Assembly: GCA_951406725.2 (NCBI GenBank)
Contig: OX597819.1
Coordinates: 108,252,001 to 108,316,000 of the forward strand
DNA length: 64,000 nt
DNA from: Octopus vulgaris
Taxonomy: Eukaryota
Reading direction: 5' to 3'
Part shown: positions 51,201 to 63,240 of the stretch, piece after piece
Layout of the letters: every line of letters starts with the position of its first letter
How positions within the stretch are numbered: position 1 is the stretch's first letter
Made by a program: the position numbers and the translations under genes
The notes under the pieces: model-generated
Told to the model about the DNA's origin: nothing
The model's database searches: none
Seen by the model: only the letters and a program-made list of their open reading frames with translations

Positions 51201-53963
51201 TATTAATATAACAAGCTTATGACATACTGTGTTCAAGTTATGTATGTTATGACAGTGCCCCACTACACCATCAAAATTGAAGGCCTAAAGAAGGAAGGAT
51301 GTTGTGCAACCATTCAATGTGTGTTACGCAATTATTATCTGGAAGGAGATGTTGCATATCCTTTTCTGCGACATCGCATCTGTGAAGCCCAGAATCCAGA
51401 AGCCTAGATGAAATAAAGTGTTTTGCCTAAGGATACAATATACCACAAGGAATTGAACTCAAGACTTTATGATATGAGCCAAATATCCTAACCATTAAAT
51501 CACATGCATTCACTCAACAGATTTTACTGAACTCCCATCTCTCAATCCTTTGCAGGCTTTCCCCCCATTCAATGCCCCATTCAATGCCCCATTTGTCACC
51601 ATCATGTGGCACCATATTTCTTAGACATGTATGTTCCAAGTAGTCAAACTTCAGTGCAGACAGAGAAACTCTTTGTCACCAATAGAGGCAATAATAGTTC
51701 ACTCAAATATGAATACATCCACACAAACATATACATACATACACACACACACGTGTGTGTGCCTGCGTGCATGAGCATTTATTTACATACAACCTGCCCT
51801 TTCCACTGCCCCCACTTCTTTACTCCACCACCTGGAAGTCAATTTTTTTTATTTTTCATATCAGGAAATGGTGGGAAAGAAGAAAGCAGAGAAGAGGTCA
51901 ATGAAGAAGAAAAGAGAAAAAGAAGACAGAAGATAAAATTGTTTCAATTTACCTGGAAAATTGCTCTAACCTGACCTCCCACTTCTGTCTATACATTTCT
52001 GACACCATCACCCCCAACATCCTATCAAATAACTAATAAATGAACAAAAAATGAACAAAAAGGTTGATCTACCCCACCAACAGACCAGCCACCCAAACTT
52101 CTTAACCCACATTGCTGGTGAGAAATTAAAAAAAGGCATTCCCCTAAACCACCCATTCACATTATCCCAGTTTCACAACTGAACTGGGAGTTAGTGATAG
52201 CCAGAAATAATTACAGGTCGTTTTATAACAGGCTTGGTGAAGTAATAGTGGTTGTATTGGTGGTGGTAGTGGTGGTGATGGTGGGGCTATGTTGTTATTG
52301 GGGAAGGTATATGTTGGTAGCTGTGATGGTGGTGGTGGTGGTGGTGATGGTGGTGGTGGTAGTGGTGTAGAGTGTGAGTAAAAGAAAGGGACAAACAAGT
52401 GAGTTAATGATGGCAGAGGCAGTGGTGGTGGTGGTGGTGGTGGTTAGAGACATGATAGTAGTGATAATGAATGTTATTGTTGGTTAAACCAAGTTAGCAT
52501 TGATCAAGCAGTCCAATGCACAAAGATGTTCAAGTTTATTCAGTCTCTATTTTTCCCACCCTTTTCTTGGGTCTAGTCTTTTTCATTCGCAAAATGAGCC
52601 CCCTTTAATTTTGCTCTACATTATTACAGCCGATTTTCAGATATTTTACTTACTTTTAAAAAATGCATATTTTGTGAATGAAAAAAATCACATCCCTTTT
52701 CTTTTATCCAATATTCATTATTTTTAAGATTGTACGATATGATTTGAAGGAGATTTGAGTTCTATTTCTAGCAGGCTGAATGACCATATAACTCAATATT
52801 GCCCTGTATGGGGGGGATGATGATGATGATGATGACAATGATAGGGAGAGAGCCAAGAAGATAAAGGAAGTGAAATAAAGCTAGAGTGAGGAGAAAAGAG
52901 CAAAAGAAGGAGGCAAAAGAAAACAGTAAGATAGAGCAAGAGAGAGAAAGAGGGGGGAGCAGAAATAAAGAGTAAAAAAAGGGAAAAAGAGGAGGTGGGA
53001 GTTCTAATTCCCACACTATCATATATAACAAAGAGCCCTTTTTACTGGAAGATTTGGTTGACAGAGGGGGAGGAGAGGGAGATAACTAGTAGGGAGGATG
53101 TGGAGTGAGTAAGGAAACAATAGATGGGATGTGGGGGTGGGGGGTGCAGATAAGTTAGTTCAAATAATGAATGGATGTTTTGTTGCAAGTTTTCATGATG
53201 AATGATGATGATGATGATGATGATGACACAGTGGTGATGGTGGCAGAGGAGGTTGTAACCTGGATTCTTAAGATGGTAGATGTGATTGTGATGCTGGTAG
53301 TGAACATGGTGGTGGTTATGGTGGTGGTGGCGGTGGCAGCAGCTGTGTATCGGTGGAGGTGATAGTGGTAGTCATGATAATGATGACTGTGCAGTATTGG
53401 TAGAGATGGTTCACAAACCACTTTACCCAGTGAACAGGAGAAAGAGAGCAGCTAAAGACTATAATTATCAATGCCTTGTTAGACATGGAAGGTCCCCTTA
53501 TCCACCCTATATCCACCCCTGATAAACCAAACAAACATAAGAGCTATTTGTCTGTTAGCCTGTCACTATCTCTGTATTACCGCCTCAACACCTCTAAACA
53601 AGAACTCTTTCATCTGAAATTATTTACCATCTACATACACTGCTTCTAATATGTCTGTATACAATACTTAGTTATAAAGAGGCTAGCCATATTAAAAGAA
53701 TGTGTGTGTATGCATACACACACATATGCATGCACATGGTGCAATTTATACCATTTGCTCTTTATGCATGTTCTGTTATTGTGGCTATTGTATCCTCTGC
53801 AGTGGGGTGTTCATAGTGCAATTGGATACAGAGCTACAACAGTTCTTCAAGGAAGCACTTTATTACAGTAGACTGGATGATGATAATCTACATGGGACTC
53901 AAAATTCACCAGTAGTGGTTGTACATATAACTATACACACCAGAAATACTATATACAAATAGC

Positions 53964-53997
<34 letters not shown>

Positions 53998-54001
<4 letters not shown>

Positions 54002-54362
54002 CTGAAAGATTTAAATTAATCAAAGGACATACTAAGTATATCTACCTGCTGGATATAACAGTTAAAACTCATATTTAAATCACCAAAATACACTGATAAC
54101 TACAGAAATCAGCCATCTGAAGGCAAACGGGCTAAGACAATCTCTCAGCATACATTCAAGTATTTGGATTCACGTGGACCGGTTTCTGGACTGGCATTAC
54201 AGCCTCACCTTCCTCAGCATGTGCTACCATGATAGAGTGCCCCAACCCATCACGTTGAAGTCTGTGCTGCAACTGATTTGTTTTGCACCAAATCATGGCA
54301 ACCACCAGTGTGAAAATAATTTCAATATGGAGCAAATAATTCAGGAGAAAAATATTTGCAAA
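53998..54362 (-). mobile_element. Penelope-like element 3' remnant/pLTR between (TA)n tracts
   Basis: Contains an intact-core hammerhead. Its minus-strand 5' edge reads CKYFSPEL, weakly like the end of PLE ORFs (inference). Confidence 0.55.
54171..54223 (-). ncRNA. Type-I hammerhead ribozyme with intact core
   Basis: Minus strand: CACATG-CTGAGGA-AGGTGAGGCTGTAATGCCAGTCCA-GAAA-CCG-GTC-CACGTG. Stem I pairs 5/6, stem III is the palindrome ACCGGT, and the cleavage triplet is GUC. Confidence 0.8.
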
Positions 54363-54397
54363 GGTATATGTATATATATATATATATACATATATAT

Positions 54398-55096
54398 GTG
54401 ACTGAGACCTTTGGAATTATGCTGTGCTTGAGAAGACCCAGCAAGCCAAATGAGACCATAACCTCGTGGCCTATGCCAGGGGTGTAACCAGCCCACTTGT
54501 GTGTACCTTTTCCTTCTTTGGACACTAAACTCTGCTTGCAAAGACCTGCTGAGGCAAGTGAAATCAAAATCAAAGTGAAATTTGATGACGGGCACGAGCA
54601 CCATACAAGTGTGATCGTTGACAGAGCGGCTAACCGGCTTCCGCGCCAGTGGCACATAAAAGGCACCATTCGAGTGTCATCGTTACCAGTGTCGCCTTAC
54701 TGGCACTTGTGCCCTGTGCTAGAAGGGGGCTAAGAGCACCATCCAAGCGTGATCGTTGCCAGAGTGGTTAACTGGCTTCCATGCTGGTGGCATGTAAGGG
54801 CACCATTCGAGCGGGATCGTTACCAGCATTGCCTTACTGGCACCTGTGCTATTGGCATGTGTAAAAAGATTCGAGCAAGGTCATTGCCAGTACCGCCTGA
54901 CTGGCCCCCATGCCAGTGGCACATAAAAGCACCCACTACACTCTTGGAGTGGTTGGTGTTAGGAAGGGCATCCAGCTGTAGAAACTCTGCCAGATCAAGA
55001 CTGGAGCCTGGTGCAGCCATCTGGTTCACCAGCCCTCAGTGAAACCGTCCAACCCATGCTAGCATGGAAAATGGACGTTAAACGATGATGATGATG
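54398..55096 (+). mobile_element. 5'-truncated RTE-type LINE: last ORF2 codons, repeat-containing 3'UTR, (GAT)n tail
   Basis: DLWNYAVLEKTQQAK*, then a UTR collinear with the reverse complement of 12471-13170; sits in (TA)n. Confidence 0.88.
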
Positions 55097-55226
55097 TATG
55101 TATATATATATTTTCATCATCTTTGTATAACGTCTGCTTTCCATGCTGGCATGGGTTCTACAGCTGCATGCCCTTCCTAATCCCAGCCAGTTAACAGACT
55201 ATGCTGGGTGCTGTTCACAAGCCACT

Positions 55227-55319
<93 letters not shown>

Positions 55320-55339
55320 TTGTGTGTCTGAGTATGTAT

Positions 55340-55690
55340 GGCTTTGTGGTCAGAAGTGGTATGATGGTTGCAATTTTTCTAGTGAGGCAACTGTAGGAGA
55401 AATACTTGGCTAAGAGTAAACTCCTTTTCCTGGCATTTGGTGACTTGGAGAAGACATTTAACAAAGTACCACATTTGGTATTGGTAACCTGGTGGTCACT
55501 AAGGACAATTGGGTGTAGACAAAAGAAAGTAAAGTGAGAGTCAATAACAATTTCAGTGATGAATTTAGTGTAAGGGAAAAAGTTCATCAAGTTTCAGTCC
55601 TTAGTCCCCTCCTATTCATCACAGTCCAACAAGTCATCACAGAAGAGCTTAAGACTGGCTGTCCATGGGAACTCTTACATGCATATTCAT
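55340..55690 (+). mobile_element. RTE-type LINE reverse-transcriptase core fragment with internal deletion
   Basis: AIFLVRQL*EKYLAKSKLLFLAFGDLEKTFNKVP ... SKVRVNNNFSDEFSVREKVHQVSVLSPLLFITVQQVITEELKTGCPWELLHA, matching the RT motifs DLEKAFD, QGS.LSP and YADD (decayed). Confidence 0.88.
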
Positions 55691-56955
55691 GAGTAGCAGA
55701 TGAAAGCAGCATGAAAGCTAACTGAATGGGTTGTACTGTAATTCAAAGGAATGGATTGTACTATAATTCAAAGATGTGACTATGTTACACACTGTTTCAT
55801 ATTGATTCTACTTGAGGGTTACATTAAGGAATACTCAGCCATTTACATGCTAATTCATTTGGAGGATTGATTGAACAGCTGAATATAATATTTGTAGTTG
55901 AAATCAATGGAGACACATTTATTGAGTGTGTATGTGTGTGTGTGCATGTGCGTGTGCGTGTGTGTATGTGTGTGTGTGTGGGGGTCTATAAAGAGTGCAC
56001 AAATGATGTATGTGACAAGGAAAATTATATCAAACAGTTAATTGCTTGAATGTGTCTGTGTGTCAGTAATGATGCCAACATTTCAGAGAGGGTAACGTAC
56101 TTCATTGGACACTTAGAGAGAAGGAGAAAGAGAAGAAAGGGGAGAGAAAGAAAAGGAGAGAGAGACGTAGACAAGCATCAGACTTGAAGAAAATAGAAAC
56201 CACTTACTGGCCACTAGTAAATTTCACATCAACAACAATATTGACTAAACTCAAACAATAACAAGTCACGAGACTAATAAAAGTCCATACAGCATTTGTA
56301 TGATGCCAATATTGATCTGCTGCACAATACAGTCATTATTACCTAGCAGGTCTGGTTATTGAACTTAACGAGCCAAAAAAGCAGGTATGAGAAGAATATC
56401 ATAAATATATATCACAGTAGATGATAACCTCTCTAAAAGGGAGAGGGTTATTTAGCAATAGAAGAACAGGAAATAGTCATTATGAACAATTTTGGTAAAG
56501 AGGTGAGAGAGCCTCCACGTGGTCACTTGATGTGGCAGAAATAACTGTCAATTTTTTTTTTCATTACACCTACCCGTTTTTAAAAATGAGGTTGACATAT
56601 GTCTTAAAGATGTGATATAATCTTAAGATATAATAGTCTTTTAAAAATGCAATTCCTTTAAGGACAGTATGGTTCTGTCTATGACACATTTGATCATGAG
56701 TATGTTCAATTAGGAATGACCTGAGGTTAAACAACACTATCAACATAAGAGATATCTCAACCTATCAAGGTAATGGCACTAATGTCAGATATAAAGTAGG
56801 GATGATGTGACCAATATCAATCATAACATCAAAGACTATGTCACAATGCCACAGGTTAGCAGTCCCCAACCCTTTTGCACCACAGACTGATTTCATGCAT
56901 AACAAAACACAATAAAGTGCATAATATATAATTTATTTATTATATATATATAAGA

Positions 56956-57312
56956 GGCACAGGAGTGGCTGTGTGGTAAGTAGCTTGTTTATCAACCACA
57001 TGGTTCTGGGTTCAGTCCTACTGCATGGCACCTCAGGCAAGTGTCTTCTACTATAGCCTCGGGTTGACCAAACCCTTATAAGTGGATTTGGTAGATGGAA
57101 ACTGAAAGAAGCCCATCATGTGTGTGTGTGTGTTTGTGTGTGTGTTTGTGTGTCTGTGTTTGTCTGTTTGTCCCCTCCTGACAACTAATGTTAGTGTATT
57201 TACGTCCCCGTAACTTAGTAATTCAGAATAAGTACTAGGCTTACAAAGAATATAAGTCCTGGAGTCAAGTTGTTTGACTAAATGCAGTGCTCCAGCAAAA
57301 TAAAAGAAAAAA
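56956..57312 (+). mobile_element. SINE family 2 copy with internal deletions
   Basis: ggcacaggagtggctgtgtggtaagtagcttg... collinear with 43182-43600. Confidence 0.88.
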
Positions 57313-58877
57313 AACATATACAGTATAATGCAAAAACACCCAGCAGACTGCATTAGTCAATAAAGTAGAAATAGAATTTAAAAATCTATTCTATTTGTGC
57401 AGCCTGGTACCAAATGATCTATGGACTGATACAGGTCTACAGCTTATTGGTTAGGGATCCCTGAGTTAGACAAGCATTTAAACCAACTCAAGTATATCAC
57501 TGGTACTTATCTTATTTATCTTATCAAGAAAGTCAAATTGTAAAGGGTAAATTATGTTACTCCTTTCCTCCACAGACTTCAAGTTAGCATCTCGAGTTGT
57601 TAAAAGAAGTGTGCTATATACTGTCTATGTCTTTGATGTCAGACAATGGTTGCAATTATCTGAGTTGCTTTGTCATTGGTATCACACTATCAAGATCTTG
57701 GGTATGGTGTTAAAATGTGGACAATTCGTCCATGGTCAGGTAGTTTAGTAAGATGTCACTACACTGGCTATGGTTGGATTCTCCTTAGGTTTTTCAGGAT
57801 AGGTTTTTGCATCAGGACAATATGCATAAGAGGAGCAACGGCTTGATGCTCTAGTTGCTCTGTAGGCCTTGATTTTATTTCAATGATGATCACGGTGGTG
57901 GTGGGTAGTGGTGGTCATGATGGTGGTCATGATAATGATTTTAGTGACTCTAGAATGAAAAATAGAGTCAATTCTCACAGGATTGGAACTAAAATCATAA
58001 AAGAGTATAACTAAATGTTGCAAGGTATACACACACATTCACACACACATTCACACACACACACATTCACACACACATTCACACACACACACACACATAC
58101 ATACACACATGCACACAAACACACACAGTGATCCAGAAAACCTTTGAACATTTAAATCACAAATATAATTTTTTATGCTTTTGTTACGATTTTGTTTTCA
58201 TATATTTTTGATATCTACATTACATACACACATATAAGCAGACATGACTGCAGGATGAAGAAGTTCATATAACAATATACTGTATGGCAGTTCGGAAAAT
58301 GTCATCCACTAAAGAATCAGGTCAACTAATGTCTTGCAAGTGAAATTTAGTAGAAAGAAACTGTATGGAAGCCCATCATATGGGATCCAAGCTAACATCA
58401 CAAGTGGTGATGTTACTATAAATCATTCAGTAAAGTGGTTGGCAAGCAAGTGAAGATGTACAGTTGCAATGTTTTTGGTCTTCTCAAGAACAAAGTAACC
58501 ACTCCAGTGCTGGTGCCTTGGAAAAAGACATTCTGTAAAGAGATTTGTGTAAGGAAAGGCATATAGTTGCAGAAATGAAGGTAAAAATGAAACATATAAA
58601 CAAGATGTGATCCTCTAGCCTGTCCAGGAGAGCAGTAACTCTGGATAAAGAATTCACACAGTAATGATTCAATTAAACCATGCCTGAATAGAGAAAGGAT
58701 GTAAAATGATGATAATGATAAGTGCGTGTGTGCATACATGTACATACATATATATATATATATATATTTATATGTTTATGCGTATATGTATATATGCATA
58801 AATGCATGTATGTAAGTATGTACATATGTATGCACATGCTGGTATGAAAGCAGATATTTACTGAGTATATATATATA

Positions 58878-59075
58878 GGGAGAATTTATGAAAAAAACAA
58901 AAGACGAAGACAGGTGGTGTACAAAACAAACAGATGTATTAGTATAAACGCTCAGGAATAGAAAAAGTCTTTTACGTTTCGAGCCTACGCTCTTCTACAG
59001 AAAGGGACACAGAAAAAACAAGGAGAGAAAAAAGGAGAGAAAAAAATGTGTGTAGTGGCTAACGATCTATCATGG
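58878..59075 (-). mobile_element. Short Penelope-like element remnant carrying a minimal hammerhead
   Basis: CpG-retaining block next to (TA)n that contains the motif at 58969-59004. Confidence 0.6.
58969..59004 (-). ncRNA. Minimal type-I hammerhead motif, CUGUAGA core variant
   Basis: Minus strand: CTTT-CTGTAGA-A-GAGC-GTAG-GCTC-GAAA-C-GTA-AAAG. Perfect stems I and II; palindromic ACGT stem III. Confidence 0.72.
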
Positions 59076-59082
59076 TGATCAA

Positions 59083-59443
59083 AATCAAATCAAATCACAA
59101 TCAAGTGGCAATTGTAGTCGTGATTCCCATGCTGGTGGCATGTAAAAAGCACCATCCGAATGTGGCCAATGCCAGCGCTGCCTTGACTGGCTTCCGTGCC
59201 AGTGGCACATAAAAAGCACCATCTGATCATCGCTGATGCCAGCCCCTCTGGCCCCTGTGCCGGTGGTACGTAAAAAAGCACCCTCTACACTTTCGGAGTA
59301 GTTGATGTTAGGAAGGGCATCCAGCTGTAGAAACATTGCCAGATCAGACTGGAGCCTGGTGCAGCCTCCTGGCTTCCCAGACCCCAGTCAAACTGTCCAA
59401 CCCATGCCAGTATGGAAAATGGACGTTAAATGATGATGATGAT
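59083..59443 (+). mobile_element. RTE-type LINE 3'UTR and (GAT)n tail (second subfamily)
   Basis: Collinear with 62870-63240, with the shared family tail. Confidence 0.87.
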
Positions 59444-59459
59444 ATACATATATATAGTT

Positions 59460-59690
59460 AATTCAAATAAACAAACAATTAAAAAACAGAAAAAAAGAAA
59501 AGAAAATGAATGTGAGGACATGCACAAGAAATATATTAATTAAACACTCGGTGAAAGGAAAGAGTTGTTCTTAATGTTTCGGGCATAGCTCTTTGTTGGT
59601 AACAGGAAGATCCATTGAGAGAAGGAAGGAAAAGTAAGGAAAAATCATCAACAGTCCACGTGTGGTTACATTTCTGAACTAACCGGAAGT
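59460..59690 (-). mobile_element. Penelope-like remnant homologous to 22785-22960, with a decayed hammerhead (~59570-59603)
   Basis: Shares gtgaggac.tg.acaag and tgtttcg.gc..agctctt. Minus strand reads CCAACAA-a-gagc-tat-gccc-GAAA-c-att. Confidence 0.55.
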
Positions 59691-62073
59691 GGAAGGAGAT
59701 AAAGTAGTTTCTGAGACAGGAGAGTGTGAAAGTGGTGTGTGTGTATGTGTGCATGTGTGGTAGGGTGTGTGTGTGTGGTTGCGTGTGTGTGTAGTAGCGT
59801 GTGTGTGTAGTAGCGTGTGTGCGTAGTAGCGTGTGTGCATGTGGTAGTAACACTGTGTGTGTGTGTGTGTGTGTGCATGCACATGTATAGGGGTATATGT
59901 GTGTGTCTCTCTCTATGTATATATCTATATTCCTATATGTTTGTGTGTACGTGAGTGCATGTGGGTATGCATGTACATGTGTGTATGGGTATGTGTGTGT
60001 CTATGTGCATGTGAGTGTGTGTGGTAGTGTATGTGTTCATGTATGTGTGCATGTGTGTGCGTATTGTGTGTGTGTGTGTTGTGTGTATGGAGGGTTGTGT
60101 ATGTACATGCGTGTATATATGTGCATGTGTGTGATCAGACATACACACAAGATATTTACACAAATTTATATATACACATTTCTCTCTTTCCCTTCCTGTG
60201 TGTCTCTGTGCGCGTGTGTGTGTGCATGCATTACTCTACCTACATCACATAAGAAATCATTAGTGAAGACCAAGTTCTCGTCAAAATACAAGACATATCC
60301 TGAAAGACCGTCAGTCTGGATCAAATCCCATGAGTGGATTAGCAATGCGTTGATAAACAGCAAAATCTTTAATCTTTGAATCTCAGAAGGAAATAAATAT
60401 TATCAGAAGCTTCTCAGATGACAGTCGATGGGAATGTCATAACTAGCATCTGGCAGAGGGTGTTGGCTCCAACTTAATTGCTAAGTATTTGGGTATATAT
60501 AAATGTATACAATATGTGAATGATGATGATGATGATGATGGTATGTGTGTGTTTGTGTGTGTGTGTACACATAGACTCACTGAGATATATACATAAACAT
60601 GTAAAAGTATATTTTCTATTTATTTTTTGATTTTTTTCAGCAATTATGTTTAAGGCCATGCTGGAGCACCATCTTTATATATAAATGTGTTATGTTTTAA
60701 CAGCATTATCGTGACCACGGCTGTATATTCACTCGATACATACATACAAAGCAGCTAGATAGATAAAATGATAGTTATATGGCTAGATAGATATATACAG
60801 GTACACAGATAGACTCAGGCATATTAATAGATATATAACTTATAGATAGATACATAGATAAATATAAGATACATTTCTTTATCTTTCTGAATTGAATTAG
60901 CATGTAAATGACTGAATATTTCACAGACATGTATACCCTTAAATCCTCAAGTGTATGACATAGTTATATCTTTATAGAAATGAATATACAAATTATTTAA
61001 CAAGGATAGAACATGGTATAATTACTAATAATAGCTAGCTATTTGAGAAGCTATGTAAAACACATGGTAGCTTCACTAGGCAACAGCTGCCAAATTTCCT
61101 TCAAATCACACCCTATTACATTTAAAAAGAAGGATACATTCCTTTTTAATGCCTCAGAAAAATAAAGGATGGTCATTCCTGGAACATCTTTGATCATAAG
61201 TCTGCTCAATCAGACCCAGGGCTAAAGAACAGCAATAATACCAAAGCAGATATATGGTTAGATAGGCAACAGATGTTATAGGTATTTGACACCTGATGTA
61301 AAACTGTAAATGCCTCTGAATTCCTAGGAGTGAGACATCTTAAGGATCAGTGCTTAGTGTCTGATTCATGAAGTTAAATGAATTACAGACAACTTATATC
61401 CTCTTCCTGGACTCAAATACTAATCCATTTTAAGTTAACATTCTCTAATTATCTCGTATGACGTGGTACCCAGCACCAATACCTAGAAATGTATTTTAGC
61501 TTTGGTTTCCTGGTAATATCCAATTAAGAGACATATCTTCTGGATAGGAACCTACACTATCACAGGTAACCTTCTTAGATGATATTGTATCTATTCTTGA
61601 AAGAAAGGTAAACTGACACAGCATAAAATAAAGTAGTTTTCATTTATATTTTCACTGGTTTCAGTCACTAGACTGCCACCATATTAGGGCACTGTCTTCA
61701 AGGGCATTTACTTTATCATATATCCTCATGCATATTTTATTGATCTATATTGATAGCATAATTACATCACTTTTTGATGTAAAGGAAGGCACCACCGTTT
61801 TACACCTGTATACACAAAAACACACACATACATTTATTTATTTAATGGTACCTCTTTCAGAATCAGTACTGTTATATTCTTGAAAATTATATCAGAGACT
61901 CTCTGATGACTTCCCCAGGAATGCAACTATAATAGTCCTCTAAGAGTAACTTAACATAGATAAACTAATAGACACAACTTGATACATTGGGTACCTTACT
62001 TTGTAGTTCCTTCAATTTCTAATAGAATCTAAAACTAAAATTACATATACATGTGTGTATGTGAATGTATGTA

Positions 62074-62117
<44 letters not shown>

Positions 62118-62834
62118 TGTATCATCATCATGGTTTTAACATCTATTTTTCTATGCTTACACAAATCAGACATGAATAAGATGGAGCCAGATGCCTGACC
62201 TGGCACCAAGCCTAACCTGTGTCCAAACAAGGTAATAATCTCCCAATCTGTCAAACAACAAACAGCTCGGATTTGGTCATTAGAAAAACTGGAAACAAAT
62301 GAGCCTTTTGCTTACAAAGATCAGACAGGTTAAGAAGCCTGAATGTGTTTTTGCAGTATACAAGCCAATAACACTTCATTGTTAACAACTACTGAACACG
62401 TGAAGACGAGGGGGAAATATGAACAGACTCCCACAAACACATACACAGACGATGGACTTCTTCACATTTTGTGTCCACTAAATTCTGCTCACAAGGCACT
62501 GGTCACCTCAAGACTACAACAAAAGACACTTGCTTCAGGAGCCATGCAGTGATATTGAACCCAGACCCAAATGAGTGTGAGACTAACTTCTTAACTACAT
62601 AGTTATGCCTGTACTTATTTGCTTTGTTTTATTTTTGGCTCAGGAACACAATTCAATTGCAGTAGATTAGAACTCCTAACCTAGCAAGACCTTATCCATT
62701 CGGTCAAATCACTTCTATGATGTTATAGCAGTTCTTAATATAAAAATGTAAATAGCTTCATAAGTTCCGAGGGGTTTTTAAAAGCCAGTTCTTATCTATT
62801 TATTTTTTTTTTTTTACATAATGGCGAGGAGACC

Positions 62835-63240
62835 CTTTGTGCTTGAAGAGACCTATTCAGTCAAGTATATCAACATCAAAGTAAAAATCAAATGAAAATT
62901 GTAGTTATGACACCCATGCTGGTGGCACATAAAAAGCACCAACCAAATGTGGCCGATGCCAGCACCGCCTGACTGGTGTCCGTGTCGGTGACACGTAAAA
63001 TGCACCAACCGATTGTGGCTGTTTGCCAGCCTCTTCTGGCCCCTGTGCTGGTGGCATGTAAAAAGCACCCACTACACTCACGGAGTGGTTGGCATTAGGA
63101 AGGGCATCCAGCTGTAGAAACACTGCCAGATCAGACTGGAGCCTGGCGCAGCCTCCTGGCTTCCCAGACCCCAGTCGAACCGTCCAACCCATACTAGCAT
63201 GGAAAACGGATGTTAAACAATGATGATGATGATGATGATG
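62835..63240 (+). mobile_element. RTE-type LINE 3' end (second subfamily) with (GAT)n tail
   Basis: tgtgcttgaagagacc (ORF2 end), ggcac.taaaa.gcacc units, aggaagggcatccagctgtagaaa, then gttaaacaatgatgatg. Confidence 0.88.

Noticed and set aside
51940-51970. Minus-strand ttttccag|gtaaat, a recursive-splice-like site
   Set aside because: The pyrimidine tract is short and the host gene strand is unknown; expected by chance in 64 kb.
54210-54300. Minus-strand exon candidate MIWCKTNQLQHRLQRDGLGHSIMVAHAEE with AAG|GTGAGG donor
   Set aside because: The donor lies inside the hammerhead core/stem II of a repeat remnant; the ribozyme explains the sequence better.
61890-61935. GAAA...ATC-agagactct-CTGATGA, a possible type II/III hammerhead
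   Set aside because: Stems II and III cannot be formed.
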